Positions 30,610 through 39,804 of a DNA stretch of 64,000 nucleotides are shown piece after piece. Position 1 is the first letter of the stretch; each line of letters opens with the position of its first letter. The notes below the pieces were generated by a model. That model was not told where the DNA came from. It did not search any database and worked only from the letters and a program-made list of their open reading frames with translations. Made by a program: the position numbers and the translations under genes. The DNA is from a bacterium (GTDB lineage: Bacteria; Patescibacteriota; Minisyncoccia; Moranbacterales; GWC2-37-73). The DNA lies in the NCBI GenBank assembly GCA_003251635.1, contig QKEW01000001.1:15588-79587 (forward strand). The letters run 5' to 3'.

Positions 30610-31863
30610 ATGAATTTATCTGAAAAAATCAAACAATTTCCTCAATCGCCTGGCGTTTATTTTTTCTATGGCGATAAAGCTGAAATTTTGTATATTGGCA
30701 AAGCAACCAATCTGCGCTCGCGGGTTTCTTCCTATTTTCGCGGAGCGGATGGACGGGGTGAGCGGATTGAGGCCATGGTAGCTCAGGCTCAAGACGTGAA
30801 ATTTGAAACCACTGACTCGGTTTTGGAGGCTTTGATTTTGGAAAGCAACCTGATTAAAAAGCACCAGCCGAAATATAATGTTCAGGAAAAAGATGACAAG
30901 TCTTTTTCCTATTTTGCGATTACCAAGGAAGAATTTCCACGGGTTGTGATTGTGCGCCAGACGGATTTGAAAAAAGCGGATTCGGATCTAAAAAAAATAA
31001 AATTTGAAATTGCCAAAACCTTCGGGCCCTACACTAGCAAAAAACAAATGGAAGTGGCGCTCAAAATTATTCGACGGATTTTCCCTTTTCATTCCAACTT
31101 ACAAAAAACCGAAAAGGGTTGTCTGGATTTTCAGTTGGGTCGTTGCCCGGGACCCTATGTCGGGGCGATTTCCAAAAAAGATTACGCAAAAAATATCCGA
31201 GCAATTGAAATGATTTTGAATGGCAAGAAAAAAAGATTAATTTTGGATTTGGAAAAACAAATGCGCTTGGCGGCCAAAGATGGGGAGTTTGAAAAAGCGG
31301 CTGAGCTTAGAGACAAAATTTTTGTCCTTAACCATTTGCGGGAGGTGGCGCTACTTTCGGATTTTGAAGGAGATTTAGTTGATAAGCATTCAAAAAAAAT
31401 TCGCATTGAAGCTTATGATATTTCCAACATTTCCGGTCAAGCAGCGGTCGGCTCAATGGTTGTTTTTATTGGCAGTGAACCAGATAAGAATCAGTATCGT
31501 AAATTCAAAATAAAAAGTGTTTCCGGAATCAATGACGTGGCTATGATGGCTGAAGTTTTGCGGCGGCGCTGGGCTAATGATTGGCCGCAACCGGACTTGG
31601 TTTTGTTAGATGGCGGAATGGGTCATTTGCAAATGGCTGAAAAAATTTGGCGCGAATTGAAATTGGAAAGTGCCCTGGCGGCGGTAGCCAAAGGCGTCGA
31701 GCGCAAAAATGTGGATGTGCGTCTCTCAGTTGTCTCCAGACCGACCGATGCTCTCAAAAAAGTTTTGGCTGATAAGAATCTTTTGAAAAAAGTTATGGAC
31801 GAAGCCCATCGCTTTGCTATTGGTTACCATCGGCAAAGAAGATCTAAAGAATTTATAAATTAA
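30610..31863 (+). CDS. uvrC: Excinuclease ABC subunit C, short form lacking the C-terminal HhH domain
   Basis: GVY/YIGKA GIY-YIG domain, FEKAAELRD UVR motif, IEAYDISN, LLDGG and DEAHRFA. Confidence 0.9.
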   Translation: MNLSEKIKQFPQSPGVYFFYGDKAEILYIGKATNLRSRVSSYFRGADGRGERIEAMVAQAQDVKFETTDSVLEALILESNLIKKHQPKYNVQEKDDKSFSYFAITKEEFPRVVIVRQTDLKKADSDLKKIKFEIAKTFGPYTSKKQMEVALKIIRRIFPFHSNLQKTEKGCLDFQLGRCPGPYVGAISKKDYAKNIRAIEMILNGKKKRLILDLEKQMRLAAKDGEFEKAAELRDKIFVLNHLREVALLSDFEGDLVDKHSKKIRIEAYDISNISGQAAVGSMVVFIGSEPDKNQYRKFKIKSVSGINDVAMMAEVLRRRWANDWPQPDLVLLDGGMGHLQMAEKIWRELKLESALAAVAKGVERKNVDVRLSVVSRPTDALKKVLADKNLLKKVMDEAHRFAIGYHRQRRSKEFIN

Positions 31864-31880
31864 ATTTGGATAAAAGTTTC

Positions 31881-32894
31881 ATGAAAAAAATTTTCCAAAA
31901 TCAAAATTTTAAAACAATGAGATTACTTTTGGGATTGGCAGTGTTGTTTTTGATGCTGGGCGTCGGTTTTTCCTTTCAAGATAAGAAGCACGTTTTTTCA
32001 AGGGAGCAGGAAATTTCCATAAAAAAAGTTCAGGCGGACTTGGCGAGCGGCGAAAAATATTCCCAAGATCCAGTTGAGATTATTTTTGGTGGCGATGTGA
32101 TGTTGGATCGTTACATTCGGCAAGTTATTGAGCGGCGTGGCGGAGATTTCATTTGGCAAAAAATTATTTCTGAGTTGCAAATGGCTGAAGGCGTAGTTGT
32201 TAATTTGGAAGGCCCGATAACTTCCAATGAATCAGTCAGTGTGAATACTCAAATTGGCGAGAGGAATAATTATATTTTCACTTTTGATTCAGGAGTAACT
32301 GATTTTTTGAAGGACGCCAATATTCGGGCAGTCAATTTGGGAAATAATCACATTCTCAATTTTGGATCAGATGGCGCCAAACAAACTCAAAAATATCTGC
32401 AAGAAGCCGGCATTACTTTTTTTGGAAATTTTCAGGGCAACTCGGCGCCTGGCTGGAGAACCTTGGAAATTGAGGGATTAAAAATTGCCTTGGTTAATTT
32501 CAATCAATTTTCGTCCGGAGCTGTGGAGAAAACTTTAGCGGATTTGAAAGAAGCTCAAGTGAAAAATGATTTTGTAGTCTTGATGCCTCACTGGGGAAAT
32601 GAATACGAAAATTATATCAATGAAAAGCAAAAGGAGTTAGCTCGGCGCTTTATTGAAGCTGGGGCTGATTTGGTTATCGGCTCTCATCCGCACGTTGTGC
32701 AGCTCAGTGAAACCTATCAGGGTCGAAAAATTTATTATTCACTGGGAAATTTCATCTTCGATCAATATTTTAGCGAGGAAACACAAAAAGGCTTATTAGT
32801 AAAAGCGGTTTTTGACAAGAAAAACCACTCAATTGATTTTCAAGAACTACGCTTGAATTTAAATGCTAATGGGCAAGTGGAAATAGTTCGCTAA
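31881..32894 (+). CDS. CapA/PgsA family metallophosphatase-fold protein
   Basis: GGDVMLDR, NLEG, GNNH, HWG.EY, GSHPHV and YSLGNF; N-terminal TM. Confidence 0.9.
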   Translation: MKKIFQNQNFKTMRLLLGLAVLFLMLGVGFSFQDKKHVFSREQEISIKKVQADLASGEKYSQDPVEIIFGGDVMLDRYIRQVIERRGGDFIWQKIISELQMAEGVVVNLEGPITSNESVSVNTQIGERNNYIFTFDSGVTDFLKDANIRAVNLGNNHILNFGSDGAKQTQKYLQEAGITFFGNFQGNSAPGWRTLEIEGLKIALVNFNQFSSGAVEKTLADLKEAQVKNDFVVLMPHWGNEYENYINEKQKELARRFIEAGADLVIGSHPHVVQLSETYQGRKIYYSLGNFIFDQYFSEETQKGLLVKAVFDKKNHSIDFQELRLNLNANGQVEIVR

Positions 32895-33035
32895 AAATCA
32901 AGTTTTTTCAAATTTTACCATTTTGGACCCGACTCTTTACCTCGGATTAATTTTCTGATAACATACATACTTAGCGAATAGCTTTTTAAATTTTAAATTA
33001 ATGATTATCCAGTTGAGATAATGTTTAAATAAGGT

Positions 33036-35846
33036 ATGGCGAAAAAAAATTCTTCCCTAAATCAAAATAGATCTGAAATCGTTATTCGAGGTGTCAGAGT
33101 GAATAACTTAAAAAATATTGATTTGCAAATCCCACGGGATAAATTCGTGGTAATAACCGGGCTTAGCGGTAGCGGTAAATCATCAGTGGCTTTCGATACG
33201 GTTTATGCGGAGGGTAATCGTCGCTATATGGAAAGCCTTTCTTCCTATGCTCAGAATTTCCTGGAGCCATCCGCCAAGCCGGAAGTTGATCAGATTGAAA
33301 ATTTGAGCCCGTCAATTTCCATCGACCAAAAAAGTATCAGTCGCTCTCCGCGTTCAACGGTTGGAACCTTGACCGAGATTTATGATTATTTGCGAATTCT
33401 TTTTGCCAAGGTTGGTACTATGTATTGTCCCGAATGCGGGCAGGTGATGAGGCGCAAAACCAATCGGCAGATTTTATCGGACATTTTGTCTTTGGAGCAC
33501 CATGCTTCAGTGGTCATTTTGGCTCCTTTGAAAAGTCAGCATGGCGATTTGAAAGAAAATTTACGCAATATTTCGCAACTGGGTTATGCTCGGATTCGCT
33601 CTGGCAATAAAATAATAACAATCAACGAGGCTCAGGCTGATCCGGATTTGCTTTCGCAATCTTCCGATGGTAGTCAGATGGAAATTGTGGTTGATCGTTT
33701 GATTTTGGATCGAAAAGAGCCGGATGAGGAAAGGATTTTGGATTCGATCGAAACGGCCATGAAACTCAGTGGCGGTTCGATGACGGTTTTGGTTGATAAT
33801 AAAACGGAGCAAAAATACAACCGAGACTTTTTTTGTGCTAATTGTAAAATAAAGATCAAAGAAATTTCGCCGCGTCATTTTTCTTTTAACAATCCGGAAG
33901 GTGCTTGTTCGGTTTGTAGTGGCTTGGGTTATGTCCCGACTGTTAATCCGGAACTGGTTATCGCCAATCGAAACCTATCGATTTTGGAAGGAGCTATTTT
34001 GCCTTGGAGTAAATCCGGTGGTCGGATAAGCAATCAAAATGGAAATTGGGATAATTTGAAATCAGCCGCTCGCAAATATAAATTTTCCCTCACTGCGCCT
34101 TTGAAAAAGTTTTCTGCCAAACAAATGGAAATTTTGCTGCATGGAAATGAGGAATTTGAGGGTGTGATTGGCGGGCTTTTGCAGAAATATCAACAAACCA
34201 AGTCTGATTATGTTCGAGCAGAAATTGAAAAATATATGACCTCGGATATTTGTGGTGAATGTCAGGGTCGAAAATTAAAAAAAGAATTTTTAGCAGTGCG
34301 AGTAGAGAATAAATCAATCGATGATTTGGTGAGGATGAGTATAAATGATTTGAGGAATTTTTTTCAAAATTTCAATAGCTGGTCTTTGAAGGAGAATGAA
34401 AAAAATATCGCCAAACCATTAGTGGAAGAAGCCGCTAAAAGATTGGAAGCTTTGGAGAATGTCGGTTTGGATTATTTGAATCTGGGTCGCAGCGCTCAGA
34501 CGATTTCCGGCGGAGAGGCTCAAAGGATAAGATTGGCAACTCAGCTCAATTCTCAATTGATGGGAATAGTTTATGTTTTGGATGAACCGTCTGTTGGTCT
34601 TCACAGTCGGGATACTGAAAAGCTGATTTCTACTCTGAAAAGATTGCAGGATTTAGGAAATTCATTGGTGGTGGTTGAACATGACGAGAGCATCATTAAG
34701 GCGGCGGATTGGATTATCGATATGGGGCCGGGTGCCGGTGAAGAAGGCGGGACGGTGGTTTTTGACGGTCCATATGAAAAACTTTTGAAATCGAAAAGTC
34801 TGACTGCTCAATATATTTTGGATCGAAAAAAAATCAGTTCCAAGAAAAAAATTCAAAAAGGCAATGGAAAAGAAATAAAAATAATTGGTGCTAGTGAAAA
34901 TAATTTAAAAAATATCGATATTAAAATTCCATTGGGAAAATTTGTGGTTATGTGTGGAGTTTCCGGCAGTGGAAAATCGACTTTGGTGAGGGATATAATT
35001 TCTAAGGCTTTGGCGCGGCATTTCTATAAAGCCAAGGATTTGCCTGGAAATCACCGAAAAATTGTCGGTTTGAGCAATATAGATAAGGTGATAAGCATCA
35101 ATCAGAGTCCGATTGGTCGAACCCCGCGTTCCAATGCGGCAACTTACACCGGGCTTTTTACTCATATTCGTGAACTTTTTGCCCAAACTGAGGAAGCTAA
35201 AAATCGGGGATACAGCGCCAGTCGCTTTAGTTTTAATATGAAAGGCGGTCGTTGCGAGGTTTGTCAGGGTGATGGTTTGAAAAAAATTGAAATGCATCTT
35301 TTGCCAGACATGTATGTTAGGTGCGAAAGTTGCGGAGGAACTCGCTATAATCGCAAAACATTGGAAATTGAATACAAGGGCTTCAATATTGCTGAAGTTT
35401 TGGATATGGATGTGCGATTTGCTTCCAGATTTTTTGCCAAACATCCGCTTATTGTTGAAAAATTGAAAACCATGGAGGATGTTGGTTTGGGTTATCTTAA
35501 ATTAGGTCAAAACGCCACTAGTCTTTCGGGTGGAGAGGCTCAGCGAATTAAGCTGGCTACCGAGTTGGCACGTAAATCAACCGGCCGAACCTTGTATATT
35601 TTGGATGAACCAACTGTTGGGTTGCATTTTGAAGACATCCGTCAGTTGCTGCAGGTTCTGAACGCTTTAGTGGAAAAAGGCAATTCAGTTTTGGTAGTTG
35701 AACACAATTTGGATGTGATTCGCAGTGCTGATTGGGTGATTGAGTTGGGTCCGGATGGTGGCAGTCGAGGCGGTGAAATTATTTTTGAAGGACTGCCGGA
35801 TAATTTGAAAAAAAATCAAAAAAGTTGGACAGCCAGATACCTATAA
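33036..35846 (+). CDS. uvrA: Excinuclease ABC subunit A (copy 2, divergent paralog)
   Basis: GVRVNNLKN, GLSGSGKSS, SGGEAQRIRLA, GVSGSGKS and QSPIGRTPRSN. Confidence 0.95.
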   Translation: MAKKNSSLNQNRSEIVIRGVRVNNLKNIDLQIPRDKFVVITGLSGSGKSSVAFDTVYAEGNRRYMESLSSYAQNFLEPSAKPEVDQIENLSPSISIDQKSISRSPRSTVGTLTEIYDYLRILFAKVGTMYCPECGQVMRRKTNRQILSDILSLEHHASVVILAPLKSQHGDLKENLRNISQLGYARIRSGNKIITINEAQADPDLLSQSSDGSQMEIVVDRLILDRKEPDEERILDSIETAMKLSGGSMTVLVDNKTEQKYNRDFFCANCKIKIKEISPRHFSFNNPEGACSVCSGLGYVPTVNPELVIANRNLSILEGAILPWSKSGGRISNQNGNWDNLKSAARKYKFSLTAPLKKFSAKQMEILLHGNEEFEGVIGGLLQKYQQTKSDYVRAEIEKYMTSDICGECQGRKLKKEFLAVRVENKSIDDLVRMSINDLRNFFQNFNSWSLKENEKNIAKPLVEEAAKRLEALENVGLDYLNLGRSAQTISGGEAQRIRLATQLNSQLMGIVYVLDEPSVGLHSRDTEKLISTLKRLQDLGNSLVVVEHDESIIKAADWIIDMGPGAGEEGGTVVFDGPYEKLLKSKSLTAQYILDRKKISSKKKIQKGNGKEIKIIGASENNLKNIDIKIPLGKFVVMCGVSGSGKSTLVRDIISKALARHFYKAKDLPGNHRKIVGLSNIDKVISINQSPIGRTPRSNAATYTGLFTHIRELFAQTEEAKNRGYSASRFSFNMKGGRCEVCQGDGLKKIEMHLLPDMYVRCESCGGTRYNRKTLEIEYKGFNIAEVLDMDVRFASRFFAKHPLIVEKLKTMEDVGLGYLKLGQNATSLSGGEAQRIKLATELARKSTGRTLYILDEPTVGLHFEDIRQLLQVLNALVEKGNSVLVVEHNLDVIRSADWVIELGPDGGSRGGEIIFEGLPDNLKKNQKSWTARYL

Positions 35847-35881
35847 CTAACAACTAACAACTAACAACTAACAACTAACAA
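35847..35881 (+). repeat. Perfect (CTAACAA)x5 tandem repeat, with degenerate units to ~35930
   Basis: Read directly; begins immediately after the uvrA copy 2 stop codon. Confidence 0.9.
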
Positions 35882-35934
35882 ACCTAGAAGCTGTTTCTAA
35901 AAATCTAATAACCTAAAAACTATAAGCTAAATAC

Positions 35935-36600
35935 ATGGGAATTTTATATATCGTAGCTACGCCAATCGGCAATTTGGAAGATATAACTTTGAGAGCCTTA
36001 CGTATCTTGAAAGAAGTTGATTTGGTGTTATGTGAAGACACTCGGGTAACTCAAAGATTATTGTCTCGCTATGAAATTTCAACTTCAACCAATTCTTTTC
36101 ATCAGCATTCTTCCCAGGAAAAAATCCAGAAAATTGTTGAACAATTAAGGGAAGGGAAAAATATAGCTTTGGTAACGGATGCTGGCACCCCGGGAGTTTG
36201 CGATCCGGGCAATGTTTTGGTTCAAGCGGCAGTGAAGGAAGATGTTGGAATAATTCCGATTCCGGGTTCTAGTGCTTTGGCTACTTTAATTAGTGTGGCT
36301 GGAATTGATCTGCAAAAATTTGTTTTTTTAGGTTTTCCTCCCCATAAAAAGGGTCGACAGACCTTTTTTGATCAAATTGCCCAAGAAAAAATCCCAGTAA
36401 TCTATTATGAGTCGCCGCATCGGATTTTGAAAAACTTAGAGCTGTTGGAATCTTTGGGTGGAAACAAAAATATTATAGTCGGACGCGAGCTGACTAAGAT
36501 GTTTGAAGAAATTTTTCGAGGGAGTATCTTGGAAGCCAAAACCTATTTTCAAACGGAAAGTCAAAAAATAAAGGGAGAATTTTCCATAATAGTATATTAG
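35935..36600 (+). CDS. rsmI: 16S rRNA C1402 2'-O-methyltransferase
   Basis: LYIVATPIGNLEDIT.RA, CEDTR, DAGTP..DPG, YESPHR and RELTK. Confidence 0.96.
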   Translation: MGILYIVATPIGNLEDITLRALRILKEVDLVLCEDTRVTQRLLSRYEISTSTNSFHQHSSQEKIQKIVEQLREGKNIALVTDAGTPGVCDPGNVLVQAAVKEDVGIIPIPGSSALATLISVAGIDLQKFVFLGFPPHKKGRQTFFDQIAQEKIPVIYYESPHRILKNLELLESLGGNKNIIVGRELTKMFEEIFRGSILEAKTYFQTESQKIKGEFSIIVY

Positions 36601-36699
36601 TTTTCTAGAAGAAGTTATCCACACTACTTCTTTTTTTTAAAAAAAAATAAGACTTGTGTTATAATTTGAACATAGGTTAATTTTTTCTTAAAAATAAAA

Positions 36700-37062
36700 A
36701 TGAAAAATAAAAAAACTTTGTATTTGGTTATTGCAGTTATTTTTATTCTCTCGATCGTCGTCGTTGTTTGGAGTTTGTGGATAAGCAATTCGAGAAGAAA
36801 GGCCAATGTTGAAAATTCTGCCGTTAAGCAGGAAAGCCGGCCGGTTTCCGATGTTGAATTGAATGAGGCTCGAGTAAGAGAAATTCAAGAAGCCCTAAAG
36901 AAACAGGAGGAACTGACTGGCACAATAACCGAGGAGGAAAAAACTGAGTTAGTTAAGGAGATTAATGATTCATTAGTTCAGGAAAAAGTTGAATCTGATG
37001 ATTCTCAAGTAGAGGAAAAGAAAGTCCAGGAGATTTTAGATATTCTTGATGGTTTAGAATAA
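36700..37062 (+). CDS. Hypothetical membrane-anchored acidic protein
   Basis: N-terminal TM followed by an acidic helical tail. Confidence 0.7.
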   Translation: MKNKKTLYLVIAVIFILSIVVVVWSLWISNSRRKANVENSAVKQESRPVSDVELNEARVREIQEALKKQEELTGTITEEEKTELVKEINDSLVQEKVESDDSQVEEKKVQEILDILDGLE

Positions 37063-37096
37063 AAATTAGCTCGAATAAATTCTTAACAATATAAAA

Positions 37097-38134
37097 ATGA
37101 AAAAGAAAACTTTGTTTTCAATCATAGTTTTAAGTTTAGTCTTTGTGGCTGCCAGTATAACTAAAGTTCAGGCTGGTGTGTCGCATAATTCTTCTGGTTG
37201 GCTTTTGGGCGCCAGTGATGATGGCGCTGGCAATCCGATTAACATTGGCTGGATTAGCATGAATAGTCTCAATTGTGATGTGGATGGGGATGGAGTTTAT
37301 ACTGGATCGACCGAAGGGGCACCCGTTGGTTGTCCAACTTCAGGCCTAGTGGCTAATGGATTCTCTGGTTGGGGCGTTAACATTCCGACTGATGGATCGC
37401 TAGCTTCAGGGTATGCTTGGAGTAGTGCTATTGGTTGGGTAAGTTTCAATCAAGCTGATTTATCAGGATGTCCAAGCGGAACATGTAGTGCTAGGATGGA
37501 ATCTGGATCATTAAAAGGTTGGGCTAGGATTATGAGTATCGTGCAGGCTGGGGCTAATGCTGGCGGTTGGAATGGCTGGATTTCTCTGAGTGGCACTAAT
37601 TATGGTATTACATACAATGACGTGAGCGGCGCACTTTCTGGCTTTGCTTGGTCAAATGAATTAGGTTGGATTGATTTTAGTGGAGCCAAAATTACTCCCC
37701 CTCCTACCGTTTCACTTTCGGCCAGTCCAATGACTATCAATGTGGATAATATTTCTACTTTTCCGTGGTCTGAGAATATTGATTTGACCTGGACGGTTTC
37801 TGGGGCTACAAGTTGCAGCACGACGAGTGATAATGGAACTTGGAACAATGTCAGTGTTGATGCGACAGATGGGTCGTACACAGATTCAGCTTCAGTTGAC
37901 TCGTCTATGCCTACGGTTAAATTTACTATTAGCTGCAAAGGACCAGGTGATTTGACGGTGGCCAGTCAGGATGTGACAACTGTTTGCTACGAACACGTTT
38001 GCGGAAGTGACGTTTGCAGTGCTGTTGGAAAATTTGGAATTCCAAGTTCTTCATCTTGTACTACTCAAAGTTGTGAAAATGATAGTGAATGCCAAGGAAT
38101 ATCTGCTGGCAACTGGAGAGAGGTTTCCCCGTAG
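37097..38134 (+). CDS. Secreted Gly/Trp-repeat protein (GYAWS..IGW type)
   Basis: Signal peptide; repeats IGWISMN, GYAWSSAIGWVSF, GWNGWISLS and GFAWSNELGWIDF; C-terminal WREVSP. Confidence 0.75.
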   Translation: MKKKTLFSIIVLSLVFVAASITKVQAGVSHNSSGWLLGASDDGAGNPINIGWISMNSLNCDVDGDGVYTGSTEGAPVGCPTSGLVANGFSGWGVNIPTDGSLASGYAWSSAIGWVSFNQADLSGCPSGTCSARMESGSLKGWARIMSIVQAGANAGGWNGWISLSGTNYGITYNDVSGALSGFAWSNELGWIDFSGAKITPPPTVSLSASPMTINVDNISTFPWSENIDLTWTVSGATSCSTTSDNGTWNNVSVDATDGSYTDSASVDSSMPTVKFTISCKGPGDLTVASQDVTTVCYEHVCGSDVCSAVGKFGIPSSSSCTTQSCENDSECQGISAGNWREVSP

Positions 38135-38182
38135 TTTACGGAGAGTCGTTGTTTGATCTGATAAATTCATAGAAAGACTGAT

Positions 38183-38443
38183 ATGAAAAAAGAGGAGGTA
38201 AAAAAAATAATTATATCAATTTGGTTGGTTGCTATGTCTGTTTATTTTGTTAACGATATTTGGCAGGATTACAAAGTTAGAGGAATTAAAGAGGCTTATC
38301 AAAAAGGAATAGATGATATGGCCAGTCAAATTATTAATGAGGTGGAAAAAGGCTCCTGTGAATCTTTTGAAATCTCTGCTAATAATCAAAAAGTAACCAT
38401 TATGGGAGCGGAATGTTTGAGTCAGATAAATGAAAATAATTAA
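38183..38443 (+). CDS. Small membrane-anchored hypothetical protein
   Basis: N-terminal TM and a pair of Cys; operon context. Confidence 0.65.
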   Translation: MKKEEVKKIIISIWLVAMSVYFVNDIWQDYKVRGIKEAYQKGIDDMASQIINEVEKGSCESFEISANNQKVTIMGAECLSQINENN

Positions 38444-38495
38444 GTTTTGAAAAACTTAATATGGTTAAATAATTTTTTAAAAGAAACAAATTGAC

Positions 38496-38996
38496 ATGAA
38501 ACAAAAAACTCAAAAGTTTCTCAAAAAATCCTCCTATTGGCTGGGGATTATCATTTTTGGAGCCATCCTGGGCGTTTCTTTGCAGATAACCAAGGCGGCT
38601 TGGACTGAACCAGGCACTAATCCGCCTGCTGGCAACATTGGAGCGCCAATTAACACTAGTTCGGTAACTCAGGTCAAGGGTGGTTCTCTGGGATTAACCG
38701 GAGATTTGATAGTTAATAGTAAGTCTATGTTTGGAACATCCACAATTGCCAGTAATTTGACTGCGCATGTAGGCGGTAATGTTGGTGCAGCCGCTTATTG
38801 TAATGAAGATGGAACTGTTTGCGTATCGCCGGGTTCCTTGGGAGGTGAAGTTAAGAAGCTTAATTGTGTTTGGTATGGTACCACTAGAACGACTACGATT
38901 TGTCCAGCTGGTAAGTATGTAGCGGGCACCTACATGGGTGTTGGAGGTGGTGGGGATGATCGATTGGAAAAGATTTATTGTTGCGATTTATTCTAA
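38496..38996 (+). CDS. Surface protein paralog A (WTEP..PP.GNIGAPIN family)
   Basis: Signal/TM segment, conserved stalk and Cys-rich C-terminal domain. Confidence 0.8.
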   Translation: MKQKTQKFLKKSSYWLGIIIFGAILGVSLQITKAAWTEPGTNPPAGNIGAPINTSSVTQVKGGSLGLTGDLIVNSKSMFGTSTIASNLTAHVGGNVGAAAYCNEDGTVCVSPGSLGGEVKKLNCVWYGTTRTTTICPAGKYVAGTYMGVGGGGDDRLEKIYCCDLF

Positions 38997-39014
38997 TTTT
39001 TAAAATAGGAAGAT

Positions 39015-39602
39015 ATGAAACAAAAAACTCAAAAGTTTCTCAAAAAATCCTCCTATTGGCTGGGGATAATCATTTTCGGAGCCATTTTGGGAGTTTCTCT
39101 GCAAATAACCAAGGCTGCTTGGACTGAGCCTGAGCCAGGCATTAATCCGCCTGATGGCAATATTGGTGCTCCTATTAATATTAGCAGCATTGCTCAAAAC
39201 AAAGTTGGTTCTTTGACGACTACGGGTGGCTTGGGAACGGCTGGTTCACTATTTGTTGGGACTAAAGCCGGAATTGCTAATACTTCAATAAGTGGTGATT
39301 TAACATTGGATGTGGAAGGGAAAGTTGGAGCCACTGCCTATTGTGATCAGAATGGTGATAATTGTGTAACGCCAAATGTTCTGGGTGGAAATTTGATAAT
39401 CACTGATATGGGAAGAATTCCCACGGGAGATGTTGGCCCTGCTGGTCCGGTTGATTTGGGTGTTCATAGTTTTTGTTTTTTTTATGATTTAACTTTTAAT
39501 AGGGATGCTGCTCAATGTAGGCTTTATAAAAGTGGAGATAATTGGTATTTGCGTACTTACGAAAATGCCAGATGTGGTGCTTATTGCGCGGATTTTAACT
39601 AA
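39015..39602 (+). CDS. Surface protein paralog B
   Basis: First 38 aa identical to paralog A; C-terminal domain differs. Confidence 0.8.
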   Translation: MKQKTQKFLKKSSYWLGIIIFGAILGVSLQITKAAWTEPEPGINPPDGNIGAPINISSIAQNKVGSLTTTGGLGTAGSLFVGTKAGIANTSISGDLTLDVEGKVGATAYCDQNGDNCVTPNVLGGNLIITDMGRIPTGDVGPAGPVDLGVHSFCFFYDLTFNRDAAQCRLYKSGDNWYLRTYENARCGAYCADFN

Positions 39603-39621
39603 AATAGCCTTGTGTTTTTTT

Positions 39622-39650
39622 AAAAAGAGCCCGAAGCAGGGTTCTTTTTT
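39622..39650 (+). terminator. Intrinsic terminator
   Basis: AAAAAGAGCCC-GAAGCA-GGGTTCTTTTTT. Confidence 0.7.
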
Positions 39651-39804
39651 GATTGATTTTGTGTCCAAAATATGGAATAATTAGAGTAGTTTTTTCTTGT
39701 CACATCACTTGATTTTTTTTGAATTTTGCTTTAAAATTAACCGAATCGATAATTTGTAAGTAGCTGGCTTCTTTTTTGTAAAATTTGAAATCAGCTTGAA
39801 AAAT

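Noticed and set aside
38496-39602. Diversity-generating retroelement or shufflon
   Set aside because: There is no reverse transcriptase, adenine-specific TR/VR pair, invertase or inverted cassette.
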